DNA from: a virus
Length of the DNA: 64,000 nucleotides
Virus record (IMG/VR): IMGVR_UViG_3300008266_000038
Coordinates: 6,371 to 70,370 of that record
Reading direction: 5' to 3' (one strand)
A program made the position numbers and the translations under genes. Numbering within the stretch: the stretch's first letter is position 1; each line of letters opens with the position of its first letter. Positions 1-8,419 of the stretch are shown here, piece by piece. Below the pieces are notes generated by a model. It made no database searches. It saw only the letters and a program-made list of their open reading frames with translations, and had not been told where the DNA came from.

Positions 1-251
1 TAGGGTTTATTTTTAATTTTTTCATCTCTTTCTTTTTTTGTTAGTTTTACAATGTACTTGCCTGGTTCTTCATCTAGCCAATGACAAAGTTTGAAGAAGG
101 TGTCTAATGCGATTACATAACCTTTGCCAACTTTCCAAATAGTTCTTCGGCTTGTTTTTATTTTAGCAGCAAGATAGTCTTGTGATTTATCCACTTTGTT
201 AAGTTTTACCCTAATATCTTTGTAAAGCTTTTCGTTGTCTAGTTTATACAT
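1..251 (-). CDS. XRE-type HTH protein (runs to window edge; not in ORF track)
   Basis: ATG at 251 reads MYKLDNEKLYKDIRVKLNKVDKSQDYLAAKIKTSRRTIWKVGKGYVIALDTFFKLCHWL...; HTH pattern. Confidence 0.7.
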   Translation of the reverse strand, partial: MYKLDNEKLYKDIRVKLNKVDKSQDYLAAKIKTSRRTIWKVGKGYVIALDTFFKLCHWLDEEPGKYIVKLTKKERDEKIKNKP

Positions 252-277
252 ATTTCAAATTTGAGTTAAACTTTCAC

Positions 278-544
278 TTATAAAAATCCAAGACGTTTAG
301 AAATCCTAAAAATTTCATCACTTGTGTATGGTGCTTTGTTGTTTAGTAGGTTAGAAATTCTGTTTTGTGTCATGTAAAGACTTTTCGCAAATTCTGTTTG
401 TTCCAATCCTAAAAAATCTAATTCTTCTAAAATTCTAGTTGTAAAGTCTTTGTGATTAAACCCGATAACGCTTTGTATAGTGATGTACTTTGGTTCTTCT
501 AGTCGCTTTTTACTGAAGTTCATTTTGCTTTCGTATGTGTCCAT
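278..544 (-). CDS. XRE-family HTH regulator
   Basis: LEQTEFAKSLYMTQNRISNLLNNK HTH signature. Confidence 0.75.
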   Translation of the reverse strand: MDTYESKMNFSKKRLEEPKYITIQSVIGFNHKDFTTRILEELDFLGLEQTEFAKSLYMTQNRISNLLNNKAPYTSDEIFRISKRLGFL

Positions 545-548
545 AAAA

Positions 549-776
549 TCAAAGTTGTTGGGTTTTCATTTCTTCGGCAGAATTAACTATCTGATAAGGT
601 TGATTTGTTTCGTAAAATCCAAAACCTTTTTCTTTTTCATATCCCCATATTTTTAAAACTCCATTTTGAAGTATATGTGATGCTGTATCGCTTCTAAATG
701 ATAATTGTGATTGAAGTCTTTGCGTTCCATCTTCCATTGGTTGTCCTAGTGGGAATAATTTTATTTTTGCTTCCAT
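549..776 (-). CDS. hypothetical early protein
   Basis: ATG ORF tightly packed in leftward operon. Confidence 0.7.
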   Translation of the reverse strand: MEAKIKLFPLGQPMEDGTQRLQSQLSFRSDTASHILQNGVLKIWGYEKEKGFGFYETNQPYQIVNSAEEMKTQQL

Positions 777-788
777 AATGTAAAAGTT

Positions 789-998
789 TTAGTCGTTTTC
801 TTCTTCCTGTTCGTTTTCGTAATAATCGACAAGCATATACAATCTATTTCTTAATTGTTGCTTTGTTTCTTCGGCAAGGCTCCAAACACTTTCAAGAGTT
901 TCAAATTCTTCTCCGCTTAGTTCCTGGATTAGTTGAACCATTTTTATTCGTTTGTTGCTTTGTAACGCTTTTGCTATTTTTATAATTGGACTTTTCAT
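789..998 (-). CDS. hypothetical early protein
   Basis: ATG ORF in operon. Confidence 0.7.
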   Translation of the reverse strand: MKSPIIKIAKALQSNKRIKMVQLIQELSGEEFETLESVWSLAEETKQQLRNRLYMLVDYYENEQEEEND

Positions 999-1003
999 AA
1001 CTT

Positions 1004-1210
1004 TTATTTTTTTAGTTGTTCAAAAAGTTCTTCTTTGTTTCCTGAGAAAATTAAATTTCCGTTTTCGTAAATATCAATATTTACTACTTCACCGTTTTTA
1101 CATTCGATTCTGTCTTCTGAATGTCTTAAAAAAGTAACTACACTATTAAGATTTTCTTTGTATTGTGGTGTATTACCTTGTTTTCTTGTTTTTACATTTA
1201 ATGCTTTCAT
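1004..1210 (-). CDS. hypothetical early protein
   Basis: Track uses GTG at 1237 inside a conserved non-coding motif; ATG at 1210 (MKALNVK) is more likely. Confidence 0.65.
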   Translation of the reverse strand: MKALNVKTRKQGNTPQYKENLNSVVTFLRHSEDRIECKNGEVVNIDIYENGNLIFSGNKEELFEQLKK

Positions 1211-1226
1211 AATTTCAAATTTTGTT

Positions 1227-1297
1227 AAAAGTTTCACTTAAAAAATAGTTCCCTTTGTCGGTATCGCTCCGAATAACAAACCACGTTTGCAAAGGGA
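1227..1297 (-). ncRNA. tRNA-like acceptor/T-arm structured element, copy 1
   Basis: 8-bp closing stem (1250-1257/1290-1297), 5-bp hairpin, 4-bp hairpin with 7-nt loop AGCGATA; 22-nt flank shared with copy 2. Confidence 0.5.
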
Positions 1298-1315
1298 TTT
1301 TGTTTTTGCGTTTTT

Positions 1316-1609
1316 TTAGTTTGTTTTTCCAAAACCTATAACGCTGTTTTTATTAGTATAATCATAACCCAAACTATTTAGTTTGTCTGTAATAGCTAAA
1401 GCAATGCTTGTGCTTCCTCCGTTCAAATTTAATCCGGTTGGGTAGTGTTCTTTAATGAAGTTTACAAAAATTCTTCCATAAGCTCCGGAACGATAAGACG
1501 CGCTATATAATTTTTGAGCTTTTGAGTTGATAAATTCAACTAATTTTGATTCGTGGTTTTTTACTAAATAATCAGCAATTTGATTCGTTGTTACTTGTAT
1601 CGTTTTCAT
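1316..1609 (-). CDS. hypothetical early protein
   Basis: ATG ORF; ATGA overlap with upstream gene. Confidence 0.75.
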   Translation of the reverse strand: MKTIQVTTNQIADYLVKNHESKLVEFINSKAQKLYSASYRSGAYGRIFVNFIKEHYPTGLNLNGGSTSIALAITDKLNSLGYDYTNKNSVIGFGKTN

Positions 1610-1857
1610 GATAAATTAAATTTATGGTTAAACTTTTGTTTTGTTGCTTCTGGATTACTTTTGAAAGATGAAATTTTGTTGAAAGTTTCAGTACATGAAG
1701 AAATTAAATTCTCCGCGTTAAACTCCGTTAAATTTCCTCCTAACATTCGGAACCACTCAAAAAATTCATTAGCCTTAACAACTTCTTTTGGAGTGGCTTT
1801 TTGCTTTGTGTTTTGAAGCTCCGACACTAGCCCTGTTTTGTTAAATTCTATTTGCAT
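1606..1857 (-). CDS. hypothetical early protein
   Basis: Likely start MQIEFNK at 1857 (track starts at 1896). Confidence 0.65.
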   Translation of the reverse strand: MQIEFNKTGLVSELQNTKQKATPKEVVKANEFFEWFRMLGGNLTEFNAENLISSCTETFNKISSFKSNPEATKQKFNHKFNLS

Positions 1858-1952
1858 GATGATAAAAATAAAACGGTTAATACTATTAAAATACATATTA
1901 CGGTCGCTGTTATCATTCCAAGTAAGAATATTTGATAAGGTGTTAATTTCAT
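1848..1952 (-). CDS. 34-aa hydrophobic single-TM peptide (not in track)
   Basis: MKLTPYQIFLLGMITATVICILIVLTVLFLSSCK*; fills operon gap and overlaps next start. Confidence 0.55.
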   Translation of the reverse strand: MKLTPYQIFLLGMITATVICILIVLTVLFLSSCK

Positions 1953-1956
1953 AAGG

Positions 1957-2037
1957 CTATAATTTATAAGCAAGAATACTTTGTTTAACGTGTTTTTTTG
2001 GTGCTAATTTCTGTAAAAGTTTTAGTAGTTTTTTCAT
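1957..2037 (-). CDS. 26-aa basic peptide (not in track)
   Basis: MKKLLKLLQKLAPKKHVKQSILAYKL*; ATGA overlap with upstream ORF. Confidence 0.45.
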   Translation of the reverse strand: MKKLLKLLQKLAPKKHVKQSILAYKL

Positions 2038-2201
2038 GATGTTTTAGGTTTTAAAAAAAAGAAGTGAAAAAATAAAAAATGTAAATAAAAAACGTCTTTG
2101 TTATTTAATTTGAAGTACTCAAATTTTCCGTCAAAACCTATTTGATATTTATTAAATAAAATAAATCCCTTTTTGTTTCTGTAAATTTCAATCGTTTTCA
2201 T
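2034..2201 (-). CDS. 55-aa hypothetical protein (not in track)
   Basis: MKTIEIYRNKKGFILF...KPKTS*; ATCATG start context like neighbours. Confidence 0.5.
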   Translation of the reverse strand: MKTIEIYRNKKGFILFNKYQIGFDGKFEYFKLNNKDVFYLHFLFFHFFFLKPKTS

Positions 2202-2207
2202 GATGAA

Positions 2208-2393
2208 TTAATTTAGTATTGTTAAAAATCGTCTTTTGTTTATCTCTTGCGCTTCCGCTATGTTTTTGCGGTATTTTTGTATGGATTCAGTTGTAAAACT
2301 AAATTCTAGTTGTTCGCGCTGCTCTTTTAAAATTTCGCTCAAAATTTCCGCTTCTGAAATTTTAAAAATGTATTCCCAAAGTTCGTAAGGCAT
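2208..2393 (-). CDS. hypothetical early protein
   Basis: ATG ORF in operon. Confidence 0.65.
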   Translation of the reverse strand: MPYELWEYIFKISEAEILSEILKEQREQLEFSFTTESIQKYRKNIAEAQEINKRRFLTILN

Positions 2394-2405
2394 AATTTTA
2401 AGGTT

Positions 2406-2846
2406 TTAAAAGTTGTTTGTTTTTTTATTCAATAAAGCAAATTTTTCTTTGTCTTCTGATTTTAAAAACTTTCCATAACTTTTAGGTTCAAAAATTTCTT
2501 CCATTATCCCAAAATGAGGGCATCTAAAATCAATTTCTTTTTCAAAAATTCCTAAAACGTAAAATTTACCATACCCCTCTTTACTATCTGTACAATAAAA
2601 AAAAGTACCTTTCTTTAAAATTGTATTATTTAAAGTAATATCTTTTTTACTCTTAAAAACTTGTAAATAATAATGTTTTAATGTTTCTATTGTTATATGA
2701 GGTTTTTTGAAAATTCTATTGACTTTTTTTTGTACTTTTAATAGTTCTTTTTCAGAATTAGCTAAAAACCAATAACTCGTACCTTGTGGTATAATTCTAT
2801 AAACCTCATTGTATAAATAAATTGATTTGTAAGGATAATTTTCCAT
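2406..2846 (-). CDS. hypothetical early protein
   Basis: 146-aa ATG ORF. Confidence 0.75.
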   Translation of the reverse strand: MENYPYKSIYLYNEVYRIIPQGTSYWFLANSEKELLKVQKKVNRIFKKPHITIETLKHYYLQVFKSKKDITLNNTILKKGTFFYCTDSKEGYGKFYVLGIFEKEIDFRCPHFGIMEEIFEPKSYGKFLKSEDKEKFALLNKKTNNF

Positions 2847-2870
2847 GATATATAAATTTAAGATTTTAGT

Positions 2871-2937
2871 AAAAGTTTCACGTAAAAAATAGCGCCTAAC
2901 CTAGTAACGAACTAGCAACGGATCAAAATCGTTAGGC
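2871..2937 (-). ncRNA. tRNA-like acceptor/T-arm structured element, copy 2
   Basis: 7-bp closing stem (2894-2900/2931-2937), 4-bp hairpin with loop TTCGTTA; flank 21/22 identical to copy 1. Confidence 0.5.
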
Positions 2938-2947
2938 TGTAATAAAA

Positions 2948-3214
2948 TTATTTGAAAAAATAATGTGTTTTTAAAAACTCGCTTGCTTCTGTTTCCCAAG
3001 ATGCAAAATTTAAAATTGTTTCTTTGCTTACCTTTTTAAATTTCATATCTTTATGGTCTAGCTCTTGAATACTTTTAATTCCGTTTTTATCAAAAGTTTT
3101 AAGTATCTCAACCAATTGTAAAGGCTCTTGAAATATAAATTTTCCGTTAGTTGTTTGATATTGGAAAGTGACTAAAAAAGTTCTTTTGTCTAAGTTTAAA
3201 AATAAGTTTTTCAT
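2948..3214 (-). CDS. hypothetical early protein
   Basis: ATG ORF in operon. Confidence 0.75.
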   Translation of the reverse strand: MKNLFLNLDKRTFLVTFQYQTTNGKFIFQEPLQLVEILKTFDKNGIKSIQELDHKDMKFKKVSKETILNFASWETEASEFLKTHYFFK

Positions 3215-3231
3215 GATGTTGTATTTTAGTG

Positions 3232-3474
3232 TTATTTACCTGGATTTTCTTTTTTTGCTTGAGTAAGAAAGTTTTTTAAATTACTTTCGAATATATCTCG
3301 AGCTTCTTCTACATTCATTTTTAAAAGCGTTTCGAACTCCTTGCGCGCTTCTTGTTCGTTTATTGTTTTTACATTGGTATTCATTAATAAAAACAAGTTT
3401 TCAAAATTGATCGGTTCTAAAATATTGCGGCTTCTTTCGTAATCGCTCGTAAAATCTATATTATTAAAGTCCAT
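3232..3474 (-). CDS. hypothetical early protein
   Basis: ATG ORF in operon. Confidence 0.75.
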   Translation of the reverse strand: MDFNNIDFTSDYERSRNILEPINFENLFLLMNTNVKTINEQEARKEFETLLKMNVEEARDIFESNLKNFLTQAKKENPGK

Positions 3475-3492
3475 GATTAAAAGTTTTAAAAG

Positions 3493-3999
3493 TTAAAATT
3501 TATTGTTTATAATTCGGTCCGCGCAATACTTCAAAATTTGTATTTCGTTGTTACTTAAACAACTTTCTTTTATAGTTTTGTAACCAATACCATTAGTTAA
3601 ATAAATTTGATCACCAACTAAAATAAATTCGATACTATTGCGGCGCGAAATTCTGTAATAATTTCCGTTAACACTGTAACAAGATGAAAAGCGCTCGTTT
3701 TTTAAGTGGTCCTTAAAATCTACTTTTTTAATCGGATCTTTACCGTTTGGATTTTTAACAAAAAACGCTTTTTCGTCGGTTCTTACGTCGTTTTGAATTC
3801 TTTCAATCCAAGTATCAAAAATACGATGACCGCATTTTGTGTTGTATTGGTTGTCAAATAAATGTGTTGTATCAATTTCAACAAATTTACCTTTGTTTTC
3901 TTCAATCCACTTTTTAAAATCCAAGTGCTTTTGATAGTCTTTTTGAAATCCTCTAAAAGTTTCAATGTGAATGTAATTAGTCGTAAGTAGTGCCTTCAT
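3493..3999 (-). CDS. hypothetical early protein
   Basis: Likely ATG at 3999 (MKALL); track uses TTG at 4029. Confidence 0.75.
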   Translation of the reverse strand: MKALLTTNYIHIETFRGFQKDYQKHLDFKKWIEENKGKFVEIDTTHLFDNQYNTKCGHRIFDTWIERIQNDVRTDEKAFFVKNPNGKDPIKKVDFKDHLKNERFSSCYSVNGNYYRISRRNSIEFILVGDQIYLTNGIGYKTIKESCLSNNEIQILKYCADRIINNKF

Positions 4000-4053
4000 A
4001 ATATTAAGCGGTTTTAATAAGTTCCGCAAACTTGTTTAAATTAATTGATTAGT

Positions 4054-4521
4054 TTATTTTTTAAAAAGTTGTTGAGTAAATTCTCCTAAACCTATTTTTT
4101 GAAGGTAACCAGTAGGGAAATAATCTATAAAAGCGCCATAAATTCCAGTACCTTCAAAAACTTCTTTTGTTTTGTCTATTACTTTAACCTCAAAACCTTC
4201 AAATTCTAGTTTGTATTTTTCAGTTTGTGATGCGTAAAGTAAAAATTTATTAACTTGTGCCAAGTCTTTTTTATATTCTTTAACGTTGTATTTTGCAGTA
4301 AAGTCTTCAGATAGTAACATTTTATCGATTAATTTTTTATCGATTAAAGTTTTTTTACAATCTAAACCAATGTTAAAAACTTCTTTTGTGTTTACGTCTT
4401 TAACCGTTGCGATGTTTACGATAGGTCTTCCGCAATTATCACAAGCACACACAAAATCAGCATCAAAAATATTTTGACGTGTTATTCTAATTACTTCTAA
4501 ATTATTATTTAACAGTTTCAT
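4054..4521 (-). CDS. first early gene, putative Zn-binding protein
   Basis: CACDNCGR...IGLDC motif; directly downstream of leftward promoter. Confidence 0.75.
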   Translation of the reverse strand: MKLLNNNLEVIRITRQNIFDADFVCACDNCGRPIVNIATVKDVNTKEVFNIGLDCKKTLIDKKLIDKMLLSEDFTAKYNVKEYKKDLAQVNKFLLYASQTEKYKLEFEGFEVKVIDKTKEVFEGTGIYGAFIDYFPTGYLQKIGLGEFTQQLFKK

Positions 4522-4563
4522 GATAATAAGTATTAAATTAGTGATTCGTTTAATTTTCTTTTA

Positions 4564-4591
4564 CAAATGTAGTAAACAAATACTATACAAA
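4564..4591 (-). promoter_or_regulatory. Bacteroidota sigma-A promoter of leftward early operon
   Basis: -7 TACATTTG (4571-4564) with upstream TTTG (4591-4588); spacer is short (16 nt). Confidence 0.65.
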
Positions 4592-5778
4592 CCTATCGAG
4601 TAAAACAATAGTAGTAAATAATTACTATAAATAAAACTTATATATTCCTATTTACAAGGGATTACAAAGGAAATTAACACGAAAAAAAAGTAAAAATAAT
4701 TTAAAATTTAACAAATTTTAACATTTGGACCACTCAATAAAGTTATAAAATGCGTATTTATAGCAGTTTAGAAAGTTGCTGAAAGTTTCACGATAAGAGA
4801 AGCCACAAGGAAGAAACAAACCAACAACCAAACAAAAAAACAACATCGATAAAATTTATAATTCATTCCAGTACAAAACAAAAAATACCATAAATCAAGT
4901 ATTTAAACATTGACGCATTTTAAAACGTTTTAAGCAATTGGAATCGAATTAAAATATACTTACTTCAAATTTTACTTAAACTTTCACAAAGAGAGGAAAA
5001 ACAACCAATACACAAACAATAAACACCAAAACAAAATAACATCAATCAAAAAAAACTATGAACAATATAAAAAAAATAAATACTTAAACTTCAATACATT
5101 AACAATCCTTTATTATATATTACTTAACTTGTTGATTTATAACTACTTACAAATTCACTATTTTATGTAATCATTTTCTTATTTTACTAATGTATTACAT
5201 AACGTAAACAACTCAAAGGCTAATAAAATCAATACTTTATAAAGGTTTACAATTCCGGATCATGTTATAATTTCGGAGTAAAAATATAGTAATCCAATGC
5301 GAAAGCCTATAAACATTGAGAATGTAAACGCAAAATGTTAATCATAGTAAGATTAACTATTGTAAAATGGTTGATGATTCCAGATGTAAAATATTGAATT
5401 GCTTCACTCGTTAACCCTTGTAAACACTATATAAAAAGCTAAAACATTTGAAAAGTTAAAACCAAAACGAAGACCCACCCCAAGAAAAAAAAGCGTTTAG
5501 GTTTTAAGAGTAGCCACTGGAATACATACCTATTACCCAACCTCTCAACCTTTCTTCTTTAATCTCACAAAAATCAGAGTATTACGTTTTCTATTTTACA
5601 TAATATTATTATTAGTTATGAATATTTCAATAGTAAAAAACCACTACATATACCTTAATTTGTTATTTCTACCTATCTATTTTAAACGATAATACTATTT
5701 TGGTATATTTATACGTCTTGATATATTTTAAAGTCTTATTTAAGCTAAAATGGAGTTATGTAGAATATTTTAATAAAA

Positions 5779-5904
5779 AGTAAACGATTTATGTTAAAAA
5801 CATAGAAAGTGAACGATTCGGTTTAAAAGTGAACGATTTTATAAATATTAGTGAACGGTTAAAAATAATTTAGTAAACGCTTGTGTAAGTAAACGATGTT
5901 CACT
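5779..5904 (+). repeat. array of AGT(A/G)AACG repeats (operator-like)
   Basis: Copies start at 5779, 5808, 5828, 5850, 5872 and 5888; inverted GTTCACT at 5898. Confidence 0.8.
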
Positions 5905-5911
5905 ACATTTG
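5881..5911 (+). promoter_or_regulatory. sigma-A promoter of rightward middle operon
   Basis: TTG(5881)-N20-TACATTTG(5904-5911). Confidence 0.75.
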
Positions 5912-5941
5912 TACTTTAATAATTTAAAAACGTAATTAAGT

Positions 5942-6283
5942 ATGGAATCAAATGACAAAGATTTAAGGAATCAAAAAATTTTAGATATGCATAATTCTGA
6001 TATGAGTATTGGAGTTATTGCAAAAGAATTTGGTATGAGTAAGGCAGGTGTTCACAAGATTATTCAATCATTTATCAAAACAGGAAATGATAATATTCCT
6101 CCAAAAGAAGTTGTTCCTGTGAAATTGAAAGGAACTGAAGAGCGATTTACTAATTTTTCTGGATATGAGAGATTAGATGTAAATGTTTACTCGCACAAAG
6201 AAACAGGTGAAATTGTTCAGGTAGCGTTTGTGAAATCTAAAAGCAAAGATGAGTTTGGGTATTTTGTAAAAGTTAATAATTAG
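5942..6283 (+). CDS. HTH DNA-binding protein
   Basis: RNQKILDMHNSDMSIGVIAKEFGMSKAGVHKII HTH. Confidence 0.75.
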   Translation: MESNDKDLRNQKILDMHNSDMSIGVIAKEFGMSKAGVHKIIQSFIKTGNDNIPPKEVVPVKLKGTEERFTNFSGYERLDVNVYSHKETGEIVQVAFVKSKSKDEFGYFVKVNN

Positions 6284-6288
6284 TAGTT

Positions 6289-6663
6289 ATGGTAAAATTT
6301 AAGTGTATTGCTAATTACATAATGAAAGATAGCGGTGAATTAGCATTTGAAGAAGGTAAGGTTTATGAATTTAAAATAAATGGAGATTGGTTTGAAACAA
6401 CTTCAAATATTGGATGGCATAGATTAGAAGAAGAAGATATTGTTGAGTATTTTGATAATTTTCATGAAGAACAACCAAATGCTTTAGATGAATTTGTAGA
6501 AAGTCATTTTAAAGATAGTGACCGATTAAAATACATTGATGCATCATTGAGATTGGCTAATATTCAACTTAACCAAGAACTTTTAGTGAAAGTTGTAAAA
6601 ATAGTTGATTTGGTTAATGAGAAAGGTGGTAAAGTTAGTGTTGAGGATATTGTGAAATTATAG
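6289..6663 (+). CDS. hypothetical protein
   Basis: ATG ORF in operon. Confidence 0.75.
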   Translation: MVKFKCIANYIMKDSGELAFEEGKVYEFKINGDWFETTSNIGWHRLEEEDIVEYFDNFHEEQPNALDEFVESHFKDSDRLKYIDASLRLANIQLNQELLVKVVKIVDLVNEKGGKVSVEDIVKL

Positions 6664-6763
6664 CTAAACTTTCAGAGAAAAAATAACCGACCGCTAACGC
6701 GGTAATAGAAATGTAAACTACTGCGCGACAAGTCAAATTTGATAAACTTAAATAAAATAAACC

Positions 6764-6970
6764 ATGAGTACACTATTTTTAGAATGCGAGGTTACTGAGC
6801 ATTACACTACACCTCCAAAAGAAAACCAAAATGTAAATTTCTGTTTCCAGGAAAAAGCCATTGTGATCAATTTAATGGATGAAGATGCCAAACTAATGCT
6901 TCACACAGAAATTTCGAAAGAAGATGCGATTGAGTTGGCGAAAACAATTTTAATGAAATACGAAAAGTGA
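6764..6970 (+). CDS. hypothetical protein
   Basis: ATG ORF with A-rich leader. Confidence 0.7.
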   Translation: MSTLFLECEVTEHYTTPPKENQNVNFCFQEKAIVINLMDEDAKLMLHTEISKEDAIELAKTILMKYEK

Positions 6971-7218
6971 TGAGTGATAAAAAACAACAGACAGCGGTTG
7001 AATGGTTAATGGAACAAATTACTTATGATTCATCTGGAGAAAGATGGTCAAGTTTTAGAGAAACAGTAGATTTAAAAATTTACTTTGAACAAGCTAAAGA
7101 AATAGAAAAGCAACAGATAACAGATTCTTATATTGAAGGTTGTCGAAAAGGATTTAATGAGTTTGGCGAAAATGCAGAATTATATTTCATTAAAACTTTC
7201 ACAGATGAACTGCCTTAA
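6967..7218 (+). CDS. hypothetical phage protein (QTAVEWL...EQAKEIEKQQI type)
   Basis: Motif typical of small Bacteroidota phage proteins (recalled, not searched). Confidence 0.7.
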   Translation: MMSDKKQQTAVEWLMEQITYDSSGERWSSFRETVDLKIYFEQAKEIEKQQITDSYIEGCRKGFNEFGENAELYFIKTFTDELP

Positions 7219-7483
7219 ATATCTAATCGACAAAATGTACGATGGGAACCAAATGCGTATTTTATACAACGGTGATCACGTAATCGGAATAGGAGAAAAT
7301 GAAGTGTTTGACTATAAAGGACAGTTTAAGCAAGAATTGTTAACTGAAAAAACTCATTTGACATACTATTCCATTGAAAAAACACACGATGTTCGCATTA
7401 TCATCCGAATATTCGATTTAAACGAGCGTCAAGCTAAAATTTTAACTGATTACTACAACCAAAAATTTAATAAAAATGGCTAA
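7205..7483 (+). CDS. hypothetical protein
   Basis: Likely ATG at 7205 (MNCLKY). Confidence 0.65.
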   Translation: MNCLKYLIDKMYDGNQMRILYNGDHVIGIGENEVFDYKGQFKQELLTEKTHLTYYSIEKTHDVRIIIRIFDLNERQAKILTDYYNQKFNKNG

Positions 7484-8417
7484 ATATATTTGTAAATCAT
7501 CAATAGAGGTAGAAAATCAAGATTCAGGGAAATATTATCGTTTTTACAAAGGACAATATTATGATTTTTTTGAAGAAAAAGGAGATTTTGTTTTTATAGA
7601 TGACAAAAAACCTTATTTTAATTCTAATTTTATGGAAAACTATTTCGTGTTATCGTCAAGCCTTGAAAACAAAGGCGAAACAGAATATTCTCATAACATA
7701 ATTAAAGACACAATTGATTTAGGAAATGAAGCTTCAAATAATATTTTAAATGTTTTTAAAGAAGCAAATAGAAAAACATGGTTAGAAGAACAAGAAGAGG
7801 AGTATGATGAAAAAAATAAAGAACTAATGGATAAAATAAATAAAGGACATAAAAAATTTCCATTACACAATTTTTCAAATATACCACCTTCAGAAAAACT
7901 TCAACAAATTAAAGATGAGTATCAAACTACAAGTAAAAAAATATCTGATTTACCTAAAGAAATAAATTGGATAAAAGAACAAGAAGATGAATGTGATAAA
8001 AAGTTTATATTTGCTGAAATGCCACTAACCGAAAAACTTGAAGAAGCTTATGCTAATTTTGAAAAAAGGAATAGCAATCAAAACTTTCAGTTAGATTTGG
8101 AATTAGACTTTGATATGGAAGTACAATCTACTCTTCAAAAGATTCAGCAGCTACTTTTGGTTAAAGGAGTCGAATACAGAAGAAATTCAGATCCGTTTCA
8201 TAATTTCAATGTTGGTTCACAAATCAGTGGTGAAATTCCAGAGAAAGTTTTACAAGGATTTCTTTTAAAACATTTAGTAAGTTACCAAGATATGTTAAAC
8301 GACATTGAGCAAGGAAAATTACCTAAAATTGAATTGGTTGAAGAAAAACTTTTAGATATAATCGTGTATATGATTATTCAGAAAGCTCAGATTATTAATC
8401 GAATTAAAAAATCTTAA
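7476..8417 (+). CDS. protein with C-terminal nucleotide-modification-associated (Nmad1/DUF1599-like, all-alpha NTP-PPase-like) domain
   Basis: KGVEY...DPFHNF...KH...EKLLDIIVY pattern. Confidence 0.55.
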   Translation: MAKYICKSSIEVENQDSGKYYRFYKGQYYDFFEEKGDFVFIDDKKPYFNSNFMENYFVLSSSLENKGETEYSHNIIKDTIDLGNEASNNILNVFKEANRKTWLEEQEEEYDEKNKELMDKINKGHKKFPLHNFSNIPPSEKLQQIKDEYQTTSKKISDLPKEINWIKEQEDECDKKFIFAEMPLTEKLEEAYANFEKRNSNQNFQLDLELDFDMEVQSTLQKIQQLLLVKGVEYRRNSDPFHNFNVGSQISGEIPEKVLQGFLLKHLVSYQDMLNDIEQGKLPKIELVEEKLLDIIVYMIIQKAQIINRIKKS

Positions 8418-8419
8418 TT

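Noticed and set aside
1227-2937. Structured elements as genuine tRNA genes
   Set aside because: About 45-50 nt, no anticodon arm, CTA rather than CCA
5779-5904. Repeat array as a CRISPR array
   Set aside because: Repeats are only about 8-12 bp with 16-29 bp period, and there are no cas genes
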